A stretch of 63,641 bases of DNA, counting the filler, from Chiloscyllium plagiosum (Eukaryota), in the NCBI RefSeq assembly GCF_004010195.1. It is 5 parts of one record of this genome, joined end to end, with 100 filler letters (N's around TTAATTAATTAA, not from the genome) between each part and the next. Parts side by side here need not be neighbours in the genome. Positions count along the whole stretch, not along the records: positions 36,464 to 50,227 come from NC_057715.1; positions 50,328 to 60,731 come from NC_057715.1; 3 more parts are not named here. One strand, given 5' to 3'. The stretch's first letter is position 1. Every line of letters starts with the position of its first letter. Positions 37,160 to 51,379 of the stretch are shown here, piece by piece. The position numbers were made by a program, and so were the translations under genes. The notes beneath the pieces were generated by a model. The model did no database searches. It saw nothing but the letters and a program-made list of their open reading frames with translations, and was not told the DNA's origin.

Positions 37160-38170
37160 AGTCATAGAGTCACACAGTACAGAAGAGGCCATTCAGCCCA
37201 TCTGGCCAAACTACCTACAACTAGCCCCACTTTCTGTGACTTGGCCCATCGCTTTGAATGTTTTGACATTTCAACTGTTTATGCAAGTACCTTTTAAAGA
37301 TTGTGTGGTTTCCTGCCTCAACTATCCGCCTAGACAGTAGGTTCCAGATTACCAACACCCTCTGATGAAAAAATTAATCAATTCCCTATAAACCTCTTGC
37401 CTTTCACTTTAAAAGTAACCCCCTTTGTCATTGACCCTTCACCTAAGGAGAACAGCTGCTTTCTATCCCCTGTCCATCCCCTCTCACAATCTTATACCCT
37501 TTGATCAGATCCCCCTCAGTATTCCCTGCTGAAAAGAAAACATCCCAAGCTTATCCAGCCTCTGCCCATCACTGAAATGCTCCATCCCAGACAGTACCCT
37601 GGGGAATCCCCTCTGCAGCCCCTCCAGTACAATCCCATCCTTCCTATAATGCATGGACCAGAACCACACACAGTTCTCCAGCTGGGGCCTCACCAAAGAC
37701 CTGTCCAGCTCCAACACCACCTTCCTGCTCTTCGAATCTAGGCCTCAACTGATAAAGGCAAGTGACCCTTTTTCCTTCTTAACTTGCCGATCGACCCGTC
37801 CTATCACCTTCAGGGATCTGTGGACAACTCCCCAAGATCCCTCTGAGCTTCATTGTGCCCTGCCATTCTCTGAGTACTCCCTCATCTTGCTAATTCTTCC
37901 AAAATGCCTCACCTCACAATTATCAAGATTAAATCCTGTCCGCCACTGATCAGTCCGTCCGACCAACCCTCCTGTCACCTAACACCTTCCTCCAAACAGC
38001 CAGCCACCCAGATAATCTTTGTATCAGCCACAAACTTAATTATCATTCCCCCAAGAAATTTTTGTTGACATCCTTTACGAATATCACAAACAGTAAGGAG
38101 CCCTGTGGTACACCACTGCACACATGCAGCCTTCTCCCACCACCCTCTGTCGCCTGTCACTAAGCTTTGC
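37160..38170 (-). mobile_element. Degraded CR1-type LINE
   Basis: ORFs 37505..37720 (LVRPQLENCV) and 37975..38172 (KFVADTKI). Confidence 0.8.
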
Positions 38171-38988
38171 AATCCATTCTACAATGCGATGCCAGTGGAT
38201 ATGGGTTACAAAATCAAGTTGAAGTTGGGGGGGTGGGGGAAGTTGGTGGACAGAGATGTTTCTAATCTGTTAGATGTATTATAACACACCTCTGGAGCAG
38301 TTGGGACTTGAACCTGGTCTTCTAGCTCAAAGGAAAGGACCTAGCACTGTGTTTCAACAGATCTCCAAGTTGGATATAGGGAGGTAGAATACAGATGGAA
38401 AGGAAATATTGACCTTGTGGTACTGTCTGGAAAAGTAATCTAGCATCCTGGATTAATGTTCTGGGTAGAAGGACAAGGGCAGCAGATACATGGGAACACC
38501 ACCCCCTGCAAGTTCCCCTTCATGCCACTCCACATCCTGACTTGGAAATATATCGCCGTTCCTTCACTGTCACTGGGTCAGAATCCTGGAATTCTCTCCC
38601 TGAGGGCATTGTGGGTCTACCTACAGCACACGGACTGCAGTGGTTCAAGAAGACAGCTCACCCCCACTTTCTCAAGGGGCAATTAGGGACAGGCAATAAA
38701 TATTGGACAGGTTTGTGATGCCTACATCCCAAAAACATTTTTAAAAAATGTAATTGGAGCATGTTTGACCTATAACCCAGAGACGGGTGGATCAAAGCCA
38801 TCCTCTGCCAGTCCCATTAACCTACAAAGGGCTGTATGTTAGGACCCACAATCACATCTGATTTTCTTTGTTCAACATCATCGTTTGAGACAATTCTTAT
38901 GTCGCAGTGTGAGTATAATCATAGGATCTCTACAGTCATAGAATAGATCAATCATACAATTCCTACAGTGAGGAAACAGGCCCTTTGG

Positions 38989-39353
38989 CAAACATCTCCG
39001 AGACACCCGCACCAATCAACCACACCGTCCCGTGGCCCAACATTTCAACTCCCCCTCCCACTCTGCCGAGGACATGGAGGTCCTGGGCCTCCTTCACCGC
39101 CGCTCCCTCACCACCAGATGCCTGGAGGAAGAACGCCTCATCTTCCGCCTCGGAAGACTTCAACCCCAGGGCATCAATGTGGATTTCAACAGCTTCCTCA
39201 TTTCCCCTTCCCCCACCCCATCCTAGNNNNNNNNNNNNNNNNNNNNNNNNNNNNNNNNNNNNNNNNNNNAGGGCTTTTGCCTGAAACATCGATTTCGCTG
39301 CTCGTTGGATGCTGCCTGAACTGCTGTGCTCTTCCAGCACCACTGATCCAGAA
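38989..39353 (+). mobile_element. Neptune-type PLE 3' fragment (family A) inserted in an HE1 SINE
   Basis: ORF 39032..39226 AQHFNSPSHS...LEEERLIFRLGRLQPQGINVDF resembles the GIY-YIG C-terminus; SINE resumes near 39354. Confidence 0.8.
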
Positions 39354-40140
39354 CCCAACAAGCCCATACCAACCCTCCAAAGAGTATCCCACCCAGACCC
39401 ATTCCCCTAACTGATTACTCTACATTTAACCCTGACTAATGCACCTAACCTACACATCCCTGAACACTATGGGCAATTTTGCATGGCCAATTCACCTAAT
39501 TTGCATATCTTTGGACTGTGGGAGGAAACCGGAGCACCCGGAGGAAACCTACGCAGACACGGGGAGAATGTGCAAACTGCACAAGGACAGTCGCCTGAGG
39601 CTGGAATCGAACCAGAGTCCCTGGCGCTGTGAGGTAGCAGTGCACTGTTAAACCAGGAGGCCTAGACTGATGCTTCACCTGCTGTAAATCTCTTAACAGA
39701 CTGATTGGAAAATGTCTAAGAAGCTAGTCTCAGTAATGGTGACCATGCAACTATTGTCAATTTTTGTAAAAACTCATTTGGTTCATAATACCCCTTAGGG
39801 AAGGAAATCTGCCTTCCTTACCCGGTCTGACCTACATTTGACTCCAGACCCACAGCAATGTGGATGAGCCAGAAATGGGTCCAGCAAGCCTCTCAGTTCA
39901 AACATAATGTCTCATGAAAGAATGAACTTTATGAAATGCAATTGGATGGCAGGATGGGGGGAGTTGAGTTCTCCTGTTGCTACGTCTTTAAATGCCCAGA
40001 ACATTGAGCCATTCCGTTTGGGATGAAAGGCAGTGGAGGCTGGGTTATGGGGAAGGTATCATTGCGGAGATACTCACAAGCTCAAAATGTCAGTCTTCAG
40101 TCAGAGCCTACCTTCATCAGAAATAAAAAGGCAATGTTAC

Positions 40141-40210
40141 CTGGGAGTTGCTGCCAAGTTCTTGTCTCTCCAGAGTTGAACAATGTTGGACTTCATCAGG
40201 AGCTGGTTGT
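40141..40210 (-). CDS. ATG16L2: ATG16L2-like coding exon (exon 2 equivalent), (Y)NQLLMKSNIVQLWRDKNLAATP(S)
   Basis: 70 nt; ttctcttacag acceptor and gtaaca donor; phase 1 to 2; resembles the YNxLLEK motif that opens exon 2 of ATG16L1/L2. Confidence 0.8.
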
Positions 40211-40389
40211 CTGTAAGAGAAAATGAAAGCCAATAGCATCAGTTCTGAAATTACATCAATGGAACAGAGGTACCACCTGCCCTCTCAGTCTGCCGAAGAT
40301 CCCACTACAACCTCTGATGTGAAGAGGAGGATGAGGGGAGGTCTCCCTGACGATCACTCTAAGATCTCTTTCTCACGCCAATGGCAGAG

Positions 40390-40589
40390 GTTTGAAGATG
40401 CCGGTGTTGGACTGGAGTGTACAGGGTTAAAAATCGCACAACACCAGGTTATAGTCCAACACGTTTATTTGGAAGTGCTGGCTTTCGGAGCGTCGCTCCT
40501 TCATCAGGTGGTTGTGAAGCAGAGCTCCAAAAGCTAGTGTTTCCAATTAAACCTGTTGGACTATAACCTGGTGTTGTGTGATTTTTAAC
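40390..40589. mobile_element. PLE family B palindromic terminal insertion
   Basis: Left arm has the tail and a minus-strand CTGATGA-A-GGAGC-GAC-GCTCC-GAAA; right arm stops at GATTTTTAAC. Confidence 0.8.
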
Positions 40590-41184
40590 AATGTCAGGAA
40601 CTGACTATCGTTCATTCTCACATTTCTATGAACCTGCTGTGAACTACGGGCTGCAATAATTCCTACATGGTAACAGTGAACACAAGAAATAGCAACGGCA
40701 GCAGGCTATTCAGCCCATCAAGCCTGCTCCACCATTCTGTATGGTCATGGCCGATTTTGGGTTTCAACTCTACTCTCTCGCCCACTTCTCATATCCCTCA
40801 ATTCCATGAGAAACCAAAAACCTAACTCGGCACTCACATACAAACAATGATGGAGATTCCACAACCCTCTGGGGTACGGAATTCCAAAGATTCACAAACC
40901 TGGGAGTGAACAATGATTACATTAATTATATTGTTTGAATAGATTTGTCTGTCAGGACAATCTCAGGTTGCAAAAAGCTCAAATTACAAATGCAAAAGTT
41001 TCTTTTGTTCACCACTTTCTCAAAACCTGTTTGTGCTTGAAAATGAAACAAAACAAAATTATTTTCTAACATATTCAGAGGACAGAAACAGGCCATTCAG
41101 CCCAAAAGCTTCATGCTGGTATATCATAGAATCCATACAGTGCAGTAGGCCATTCAGCCCATCAAGCCTGCACCGACCCTCCAA

Positions 41185-41803
41185 ATTGGAATTTAATTCA
41201 GTTAAATGTGAGGTGCTGCATTTTGGGAAAGCAAATCTTAGCAGGACTTATACACTTAATGGTAAGGTCCTGAGGAGTGTTGCTGAACAAAGAGACCTTG
41301 GAGTGCAGGTTCATAGCTCCTTGAAAGTGGAGTCGCAGATAGATAGGATAGTGAAGAAGGTGTTTGGTACGCTTTCTTTTATTGGTCAGAGTATTGAGTA
41401 CAGGAGTTGGGAGGTCATGTTGCTGCTGTATAGGACATTGGTTAGGCCACGTTTGGAATATTGCGTGCAATTCTGGTCTCCTTCCTATCGGAAAGATGTT
41501 ATGAAACTTGAAAAGGTTCAGAGAAGATTTACAAGGATTTTGCCAGGGTTGGAGGGTTTGAGCTACAGGGAGAGGTTGAATAGATGGAGGCTGGTACAAT
41601 TGCAACATTTAAAAGGCATTTGGATGGGTATACAAACAGAAAGGGTTTGAAGGGATATGGGCCGGGTGCTGGCAAGTGGGTCTAATTGGGTTGGGATATG
41701 CCGGGTGCTGGCAAGTGGGTCTAATTGGGTTGGGATATCTGGTCGGCATGGACGGGTTGGACTGCAAGGTCTGTGTCTGTGCTGTACATCTCTATGACTC
41801 TAT
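41185..41803 (+). mobile_element. CR1/HER1-type LINE fragment inserted in an HE1 SINE
   Basis: ORF 41033..41650 CR1 motifs; SINE halves at 41128-41183 and 41805-42052. Confidence 0.88.
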
Positions 41804-44015
41804 AAATAGTATCCCACCCAGACCCAAGCTTTACCTGTGAATCTACATTTCTCCTGGCTAACCCACTAAGCCTGCACATCCCTGGACACTATGGGCAATT
41901 TAGCATGGTCAGTCGACCCTAACCTACACATCTTTGGACTGTGGGAGGAAACCAGACCACCTAGAGTAAACCCACGCAGACACGTGTCCAAGGCTGGAAT
42001 CAAACCCGGGTCCCTGGCGCCGCGAGGTAATAGTGCTAACCACTAAGCCATCCAGTATTTATGCTTCACACTTACCTGCTTCCACCCTTGCTGTCAAAAC
42101 CATATCTGTCCATATCTTTCTCATATTGATTCAGTTCACTGTTCAATGCATCTAATACTGTCCAACTCCTCCAGTCCTAAAGCCCATTCCAGGGATCAGC
42201 TTAGTGAACTTTCTCTAAACTGCTTCCGGGGCATTTACATCCTTCGTTGAACAAGGAGAGCAAAACCGTACGCAGTGCTCCAGACGTGGTCTCATCGATG
42301 CCCTGTACAACTGTGGCAAAACCTCTCTGTTATTGTACTCCAGTCCCCTTCTCATAACCAACTTTCCACACACAAGGTTCTCTGTGTGTGAATAACATCC
42401 CCATCAATAATCATGCGCCACAAATATTACTTAACAGTGCCCAAGCTGGCAGGTTGTCAAGGTGTTCCTACAGACTGTGAATGGAACTTAAACCAGTCTT
42501 GAGGTTGTAATAAGCACTTTACAAACGTAAATACAAGATGAGGATGTTTTAGGGTACGGAAGGTTTGAGTTATAAAGAAAAGCTGGATAGGCTGGGACCT
42601 TTCTCACTGGAATGTAGGAGGTTAGGAGGCAACCTTATAGAAGTTTATAAAATAATGAGGGGTATAGATAGGGAAAAGATAATTACCATTAGCCTAAGTT
42701 GGGGGATTTCAAGACTAGGAGGCACATTTTTAAGGTGAGAGGAGAGAGATTTAAAAAAGACATGAGGCAAATTTTAAACACAGAGGGTGGTTTGTGTGAG
42801 GAATGAACTGCCAGATGAAGTGGTGGATGTGGGTATAGTTAGAACGTTTAAAAGACATTTGGATAAGTACATGAATAGGAAAGGTTTGGAGAGATATGGG
42901 CGGCATGGTGGCTCAGTGGTTAGCACTGCTGCCTCACAGCGCCAGGGACCAGGGTTCAATTCCAGCCTCGGGTGACTGTCTGTGTGGAGTTTGCACATTC
43001 TTCCCAGTGTCTGCGTGGGTTTCCTCCGGGTGCTCCAGTTTCCTCCCACAGTCCAAAGATGTGCAGGTCAGGGGAATTGGCCATGCTAAATTGCCCGTAG
43101 TGTTAGTGCATCATTCAGAGCGAAATGGGTCTGGGTGAGTTACTCTTTGGAGAGTCAGTATGGAAGAGCATGTTTCCACACTGTAGGGAATCTAATCTAA
43201 TCAGATATGGGCCAGGAGCAGGCAGCTGGGGCTAGTCTAGTTTGGGATTATGGTCGGCACGGACTGGTTGGGCTGAAGGGTCTGCACTGTCTGAATCGAT
43301 GAGTACTTATACATTCCATGGAATAAATCCTGTGCCATGTGACAAGGGAAATAGTGATCATAATAACACCAAAAATAAAAAGGGCGTATGACATTTGTCA
43401 TGTGATTCTCCAAGTAGGAAGGCTCACCTACAATATGTTGGGAGAGGAGGTGAAGAGAGAAGTGAGACATATGAAGAGAGAAATACAGAGTGAGTATGAG
43501 AATAGATCACTAGCTAACAGCAGAAGGAACTCAAACATATACCAACGTGTAAGTAGCAGAGGGATAAACAATCCAGGGACAAAGATATTTTTCTAATCAA
43601 GCTGGTCAACGATGGTATGATACAGCTCTGGAGCAAAAGTATGGCAGGGACACTACCACTGCACCACAAATAGGACATTGTATGCTTAGAGATTAATGTA
43701 TTACACAGCAAAACTAAAATACTTACTGAATATCTTGTGTCAATGTTTACTAAGGAAGGGGAGTCTGAGAAAATATCAGTCGATGTAGAGATGGTGAAGG
43801 CAATGGATTTGGTGAAAATGGAAAGGGAGAAGGTACCAGAGCGTTTTTCTTTGCTCACGCTGTTCTCAGGTATCAGGCCAGAGTCACAGAACAACAGCAC
43901 CGTTACAGTGCTGGAGGTGGGCATTTGACCTGTCATGTCTGCACCAGCTCTCTGAACATTTGGAATTTGCTCCAATCTCCTGCCTCTTTCCCGTAATTCA
44001 GACACACTCTTTCTA

Positions 44016-44372
44016 TTTAAATAATGTCCCTCTTGAATTCTTCAGCTGAACCTGCCTCCCCCACATTTCCAGGCTGGGCATTCCAGATCCTGAGTGAGAA
44101 AGTCTTTTACTTACACGTTGGTATATGTTTGAGTTCCTTCTGATGTTAGCTAGTGATCTATTCTCATACTCACTCTGTATTTCTCTCTTCATATGTCTCA
44201 CTTCTCTCTTCACCTCCTCTCCCAACATATTGTAGGTGAGCCTTCTTCTTACTTGGAGAATTCACATAACAAACGTCATTTTAAATATTGCCCCTCTTGA
44301 ATTCTTCAGCTGGACCTGCCTCCCCCACATTTCCAGGCAGGGCATTCCAGATCCTGAGTGAGAAAGTCTTTT
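44016..44372. repeat. 93-bp direct duplication enclosing an inverted copy of 43388-43555
   Basis: 44016-44108 repeats at 44280-44372; 44109-44279 is the reverse complement of 43388-43555. Confidence 0.9.
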
Positions 44373-47300
44373 CCCCACACCTTTCTTGCTTCATTGGCAC
44401 TTCATTTTAAATCTACACCCTGTTCCTTTTACAGCTGAGAACAGCTTCTCCCTGTCTACTCTGTCCAGCCTGCTCAAGATTCAGAAAACCTCTAGCAGAT
44501 CTCCTCTCAGCCAACTTCTCTCCAAGGAGAACAGTCCCAATATCTTCAACCTACCCTCATCACTGAGGTTTCTCATCCTTTAACTACTCTTGTAAATGGT
44601 TTCTGCGCTCTCTCCAGTGCATTCACAACTTCCCTGATGGGGATGGATGGGATAGGAATGCAAATCCCACACCTGTACACAATCCTCCAGCTGAGGTCTA
44701 ACAAGTGTCTTATTCAAGTTCAACATCACCTCCTTGGATTCTATGCCCTTGTAAATGAAGTTGAGAATACTCTATTCTTTATTAACTGTTCTGTCCACCT
44801 GTCCTGCTACCTTTAATGACCTCTGTCTTTCTTCTCCTCCACCCCCCCTTTGTTTCATACTGTCTCTCTATGTTCATTTCACCTCAAACGTTTCTGCACT
44901 GAACCCTGTCTGCCCACCTATCGGTCCACCCCACTAACTTGTCAATGTCCTTCTGCAGTTCCACACTGTCCTCCTTACAATTCCTTCAAGTCTTTGAAAC
45001 TGTCCCCTGCACAAAATCCAGATCATTAATATCGATTAGGAAAAGCAAGACCCCAAGACTGACTCCTAGGGAACTCCACTACAACCCTTCCTCTATCAGA
45101 AGAATGCCCATTGACCGAGACTCTCTGTTTCCTATCACTCAGCCAGTTCTGTATCCAGTTTTTTCCTGTCTCTCTTATACCATTAGCTCTAACTTTCCTC
45201 AAACAGCTGTTGTGTGGCACTGTATCATACACTTCTCGACAGTCCGTGAGCATTCTCATCAACCCTCTCGGATACCTCTACAAAGAAGCATTTATTTTTG
45301 CACTTATGGAATGTGGGCATTAATGGCTGGGCCAGCATTTATTGTCTGTCCCTCGTTGCCCTGGAGAAGGTGGGAGTGAGCTGCTTTTTTGAACAACTCC
45401 TGTCCATTTGATGTAGGTACATCTACACAATGCCCTTAGGGAGGGAATTCCAGGATTCTGACCCAGTTATTGTTGTTATTGTTGTCGCCATAGTCTCACC
45501 AGACCATAGGGGCTGTTCTTTCATTAGAGAGAGAAGCGACTGGTGATGTTTTAACCCGAGGGCCACCAGGCCTCAGGTGAGAGAAGAGGTTGAGAAGGCT
45601 GACCCAGTGACACTGAAGGAACGGTGATATATTTCCAAGTCAGGATGCTGAGTAGCTTGGAGAGGAAATTGCAGGGGGTGGTGTTCCCATGAATCTGCTG
45701 TCCCTTGCCCTTCTAGATGGAAGTGTTTGTGGGTTTGGAAGGTTCTATCTGAGGATCATTGAGGATAATACACACGGTCTGCTACTGAGCATCGGTGGTG
45801 GAGGAAGGGGCTGTTTATTGATGCGCTGTCAATCACATTGTTTCGTCTTGAATGGTGTCAAACTTCGGGTCATATAACCCCTACAGTGTGGGAACAGTCC
45901 ATTCGGCCCATCGAGCCCACATAGACCCTCCAAAGAGATTCCCACCCAGACCCGCCCCCTTACACTATCCCCTGTAACACGGCATTTTCCATGGCTAATC
46001 CAACTAACCTGCACATCCATGGACACTGCGGGGCAATTTAGCATGGCCAATCCACCCTAACCTGTATATCTTTGAAGCTGTTTGGGTGTTGTTGGAGCTG
46101 CACTCATCCAGGCAATTGGAAATATTCCATCACACTGCTGACTTGTGCCTTGTAAATGGTTGAACAGGCTTTGGTGGGGTCACGAGGTGAATTACTTCAG
46201 TAAATTAGTCAGAGATGATTTTCCCCTCAACAAATCCCATGCTGGTTCTTCTGAATTAATCCACCTTTATCAATGTCATTCTTAATTGTCCCAAATAATT
46301 GTTTCTCACAATTTCTCCAGTACTGAAGTTAAACCGACCGGTCTATAATTGCTTACCCTATCTTTACAACATTTTTTGAACAAATCTCCAGCTCTCAGGC
46401 TATCTGAAAGATTGTGGAAAGTGCCTCTGTAATTTCTACTTTCACTTCCTTCAATATCTTCGATGCATCTCATACACTCCCAGTGCCTTCTCAACTTTTC
46501 AGTACCCACAGCTTATTCAGTACCTCTTCCTATTAAAACCTTCGAGTGACTCAGCTTCCTTCTCTGTCATCATGGTGTAGTGTTAGGTTTAAAAATGACA
46601 TCTTCAAACTAGACCATTAACGGTTAATTGCTCACGGCATTGAGCAATTGAAACAAAGTGGGAAAAAGACACAAAAATAGGTCTGGTGTTAAAATAAGTG
46701 CCTATTTTGGGCTGGGAGGGAACGACATCAGCTTGATTGTCCATGGGAACCCGTTCTTTTCTGTAGTTAACACGGAGCCACCTGGAGAGATTTTCAATTC
46801 GTTTTCTGAAAAATGGAATGTCTGGAGGAGGTGAAACATTTGCAAAACCAGTTCCATGGAATTTGAGAGAGATCTCCAAAAGGCACCATCATCAAAGCCC
46901 CCAGTGGTTGGAAGGCAGTGTGAGATTCGCTTGTTAATATACATAGCTATGGAATGTAGTTTCAGCTAATAGATTCACTCATTAAGGGGAGCACAGTGGC
47001 TCAGTGGTTAGCACTGCTGCCTCACTGTGCCAGGGACCCGGGTTGGATTCCAGCCTCAGGTGACTGTCTGTGTGGAGTTTGCACATTCTCCCCGTCTCTG
47101 CGTAGGTTTCCTCCGGGTGCTCCGGTTTCCTCCGGGTGCTCCGGTTTCCTCCCACAATCCAAAGATGTGCAGGTTAGAGTGGATTGGCCATGCTAAATTG
47201 CCCGTAGTGTTCAGGGATGCGTAGGTTAGGAGCATTAGTCAGGAACAAATATAGAGTAATGAGTTTGGGAGTGAGACTCTTCGGAGGGTCGGTATGGACT

Positions 47301-47664
47301 CGTTGGGCCGAAGCGCCAGTTTCCACACTGTAGGAATTCTAAGATTAGTTCGCACATGTCTCTGAGATATGTGAACTGGATGGAGATAATAAATTTGCTT
47401 CACATTGAAGTATACATGTCTTCTTGTATTCATTTGGATCAGCCTTTCAGCCCAACAATACACACAACCTTGGCAGCACTTCCCTCACAGGTAAAGACAG
47501 AAGCAAAGTGTTCATTTAACCGCGGTCATGTCTCGTGCCCCTATGTGTTTGGTTCCTAAATTGGCCCCACTCCACCTTCTACCTTGCGTTTACTACTTCT
47601 GAACCAACAGAAAGGATTTTGTTTATGCTAGCTGCCAGTATTTCTCATAATCCCTCTTTGCATT

Positions 47665-48510
47665 TTGTATAGAGTCATACAGCACGGGAAGACTCTTCGG
47701 TCCAACCAGTCCATGCCGACCATAATCCCAAACTAAACTAGTCCCAGCTGCCTGCTCCTGGCCCGGATCCCTCCAAATCTTTCCTATTCATAGAACATAG
47801 TACATAGAACATAGAACATAGAACATAGAACACTACAGCACAGAACAGGCCCTTCGGCCCACGATGTTGTGCCGAACATTTGTCCTAGCTTAAGCACCCA
47901 TCCATGTACCTATCCAATTGCCGCTTAAAGGTCGCCAATGATTCTGACTCTGCCACTCCCACAGGCAGCGCATTCCATGCCCCCACCACTCTCTGGGTAA
48001 AGAACCCACCCCTGACATCTCCCCTATACCTTCCACCCTTCACCTTAAAAGTACTGATCTAAGCGTGTTGTAAACATTGTAACCGTACCCACATCCACCA
48101 CTTCCTCAGGAAGTTTCTTCAAAGCACAAAACATTCTCTGTGTAAAAAAGTTGCCCCTCACGTCTTTTTAAAATCTTTCTCCTCTCACCTTAAAGATATG
48201 CCCCCTAGTCTTGAAATCCCCACCCTGGGGAAAAGACACCTTATTTATACCCCTCACGATTTTATAAACCTCTATATGGCCACCTCTCAACCTCATAAGC
48301 TCCAATGAAAAAACTCCCAGCCTCTCTTTATAACTCAAACCCTCCATTCCCAGCAAGACCCTGGTAAATGTCTTCTGAACCCTCTCCAGCTTAATAATAT
48401 CCTTCCTATAACGGGGGAGACCAGAGTACATAGTACTCCAGAAGAGGCCTCACCAGTGTCCTGTACATAACGTCCCAACTTCTATACTCCAAAGGTCTGA
48501 GCAATGAATG
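47665..48510 (-). mobile_element. CR1 fragment with a younger CR1 3' end nested at about 47790-48048 (sibling at 60140-60332)
   Basis: (CATAGAA)n tail; ORF 48168..48431. Confidence 0.85.
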
Positions 48511-50141
48511 GTTTTCCACCTTCTGTATTCACCTTGATTCTCCATTATATTCTCTACCTGACACCTGTCAGAAATACAGCTTTCTTTTTAAATTTAATTT
48601 CTACCTCTTTTGTCTTTCAGACAGTTTGGGATTATTTGTCCTAACTCTCCTTTTGGAGGAAATACCCAATTGTACCCAATGAATAGCTTTAAATTAAGGG
48701 GGGGTAGATATAGGACTGATGTTAGGGGTAGGTTCTTCACTCAGCGAGTCGTTAGTTCATGGAATGCCCTGCCAGTAACAGTGGTGGACTCTCCCTCTTT
48801 ATGGGCATTTAAGAGAGCATTGGATAGGTATATGGAGGATAGTGGGTTAGTGTAGTTTAGGTGGGCTTGGATCGGCGCAACATCGAGGGCCCAAGGGCCT
48901 GTACTGCGCTGTATTCTTCTATGTTCTATGTTCTATGAATCTTGTCTTTGAAGGGAGCCCATTGTTCAGCAACCGTCTCTCCCGCTATCATTTGGTTTCA
49001 GTCGATCGGACCCAACTCTCCCACTGAGCTCAGTTCTCTGTCAATTGAATTCTCCAATGTCACCCTGCAACATCATCCTAAACCTTACAGTTCATTGGTC
49101 ACTGTCAACTAAAAATTTCCACATTGACATTTGACCCACTTGGCCCATTTCATCACCTTATTATTTAAATAAAAGTAGGGGATTTCAACTTCCCCGATAT
49201 TAATTGGGATCTACAAAATGTAAAAGACTTAGAGGAAGTTGAATTCTTGAAAAGTGTCCAGGAGAGTTTTCTAAGCAGCACGTAGGAAGCCCTATAAGAA
49301 ACAGGCAGAATTGAGAGTGTGGTGCTGGAAAAGCACAGCAGGTCAGGCAGCATCCGAGGAGCAGGAGAATCGACATTTTGGGCATAAACCCTTCACCAGG
49401 AAGCCCTTCTGCAGTCCTCACTTTCTCCAAGAAACAGGCAGTGCTAGACGTTACATTTTGGGAAAAAAAATCTGGACACCCAAATGATTGAAGTGTCAGT
49501 AAGGGAGCATTGAGGTGATAGTGACCTCAACTTATTGCCGCAGAGAGCTGTGAAGGCCAAGTCACTGAGTGTATTTAAGCCAGCGATAGATTGGTTCTTG
49601 ATTAGTAAGGGAATACAGGGAGAAGACAGGAGAATGAGGTTAAGAAACAGATCAGTCATGATCAAATGGTGGAGCAGACTCGATGGGCCGAATGGCGTAA
49701 TTCCACTCCCATATCTTATGCTCCAATTGAGTAAGATTTAAAGTGGTCGTGGAAATGCTGAACCAGAAATAATTGGCTGATCTATTTGCATCCCCAATTC
49801 CTATTCACATCCACCTTGATATCCTTCAATTCCTCTGCCTGACCAGAATCACCTCACCTCCATCTTATAAATATTCATGACCTCCCTCCCCACCCCATCT
49901 GAGGTGGAGAGTTCCAAACTCACAAGAGTCTTTGAGAGAAAAGATTCTCATCATCTCTGTCAGTGCCTCATTTCTAAACGGCCTCCCCTCGTTCTAGGAT
50001 TATAGAATCCCTACAGTGTGGAAACAGGCCCTTCAGCTGAACATGGTAAAAACGATGACTGCAGATGCTGGAAACCAGATTCTAGATCAGTGGTGCTGAA
50101 GGAAGAGCACAGCAATTCAGGCAGCATCCGAGGACAGGCAA

Positions 50142-50177
50142 AATCGACGTTTCGGGCAAAAGCCCTTCATCAGGAAT
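50142..50177 (-). ncRNA. Minimal hammerhead motif (family A), intact core
   Basis: Minus strand CTGATGA-A-GGGC-TTTT-GCCC-GAAACGTC; same sense as the host pre-mRNA. Confidence 0.7.
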
Positions 50178-51379
50178 AAAGGCAGAGAGCCTGAAGCGTG
50201 GAGAGATAAGCTAGAGGAGGGTGGGGGNNNNNNNNNNNNNNNNNNNNNNNNNNNNNNNNNNNNNNNNNNNNTTAATTAATTAANNNNNNNNNNNNNNNNN
50301 NNNNNNNNNNNNNNNNNNNNNNNNNNNGAGGGGTAAAGAACTATCTCAAATCTCACCATTTAAAGTAAAAATGAACAACTTTTTTTCAAGAACTAACAAC
50401 TATTTACAACTCATTTATCTAATCCTATCTATTTCCTTCTCCTCTACAATACTGGTCCAATAAAACTCCCGATTAAGATTTACTGAAAAATACAAATTTC
50501 AAAACCAGCAAGCTGTTGAATGTTTTCTTTGTATCTTCTTTAAATGCAGGGTTACAGGCATGGGAGGATGGGTTGGTGTGAACTTGATGGCTGAATGGCC
50601 TGCTTGGAGAAAGTGACGACTGCAGATGCTGGAAATCAGAGTCGGAGAGTGTGGTGCTGGAAAAGCACAACCAGTTTAGGCAGCACCCAAGGAGCAGAAG
50701 AGTCGACATTTCAGGCATAAGTCCTTCATCAAGAATGAGGCTTGTGAATGGTCTGCTTCCACACTGTAAGGATTCTAAGATTCTGTGCAAACACACAGAT
50801 TCAGTTTCACTAATAATGATAAAACCTGAGCCCCTTCACCCCTCTCAATATAATCCCAGGCGTTTCAGGTTTCACCCACCAGCAGCCACAAGCACTAGCA
50901 TGAAACAACTGTCAGGATACCTTTCACTCAGGCTTTGCAATTCACCTCCAAACCAAAGTGACATAATACAGCATCTTGAGGCACCACAATATTAACCACT
51001 TCTGTTCATATAACAAAGCTTCTCAAGATGATTCACAAGGCAGTTACAGATCGTAAGACTAAAGATTCTGGCAACCATAGGAAAATCAGGCAAGTCCCCA
51101 AGAACACAAAGTATGAACTGAGAGTTAGAACAGTAGGAGAGTATAACATTATGTGGGAAAAAAACAATGCAAAAATGTGTAGGAGATAATCAAAGGAATC
51201 TAAAATTATTTTAATAAAATGTGAGATATAAAATACTACTGATTAATAACAGATTGTCCTAAAAAGCCTCATGAATGTCCTTCAAGAAAGGAAAGCTGTC
51301 ATGCAACTCCAGATATGAAATAATGTATTTGCCTCCTACTTATCTTCTGAAATACTTTAAACAAGCTACTCAGTTGTAG

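Noticed and set aside
41661..41740. Small tandem duplication in a CR1 UTR (and a 19-bp duplication near 47107-47150 in a SINE)
   Set aside because: Ordinary slippage duplications in dead repeats.
46604..46944. Non-repeat ORFs as candidates for ATG16L exon 1
   Set aside because: No WKRHI...L..RD ATG5-binding motif and no suitable phase-1 donor; exon 1 is probably outside the window or in a gap.
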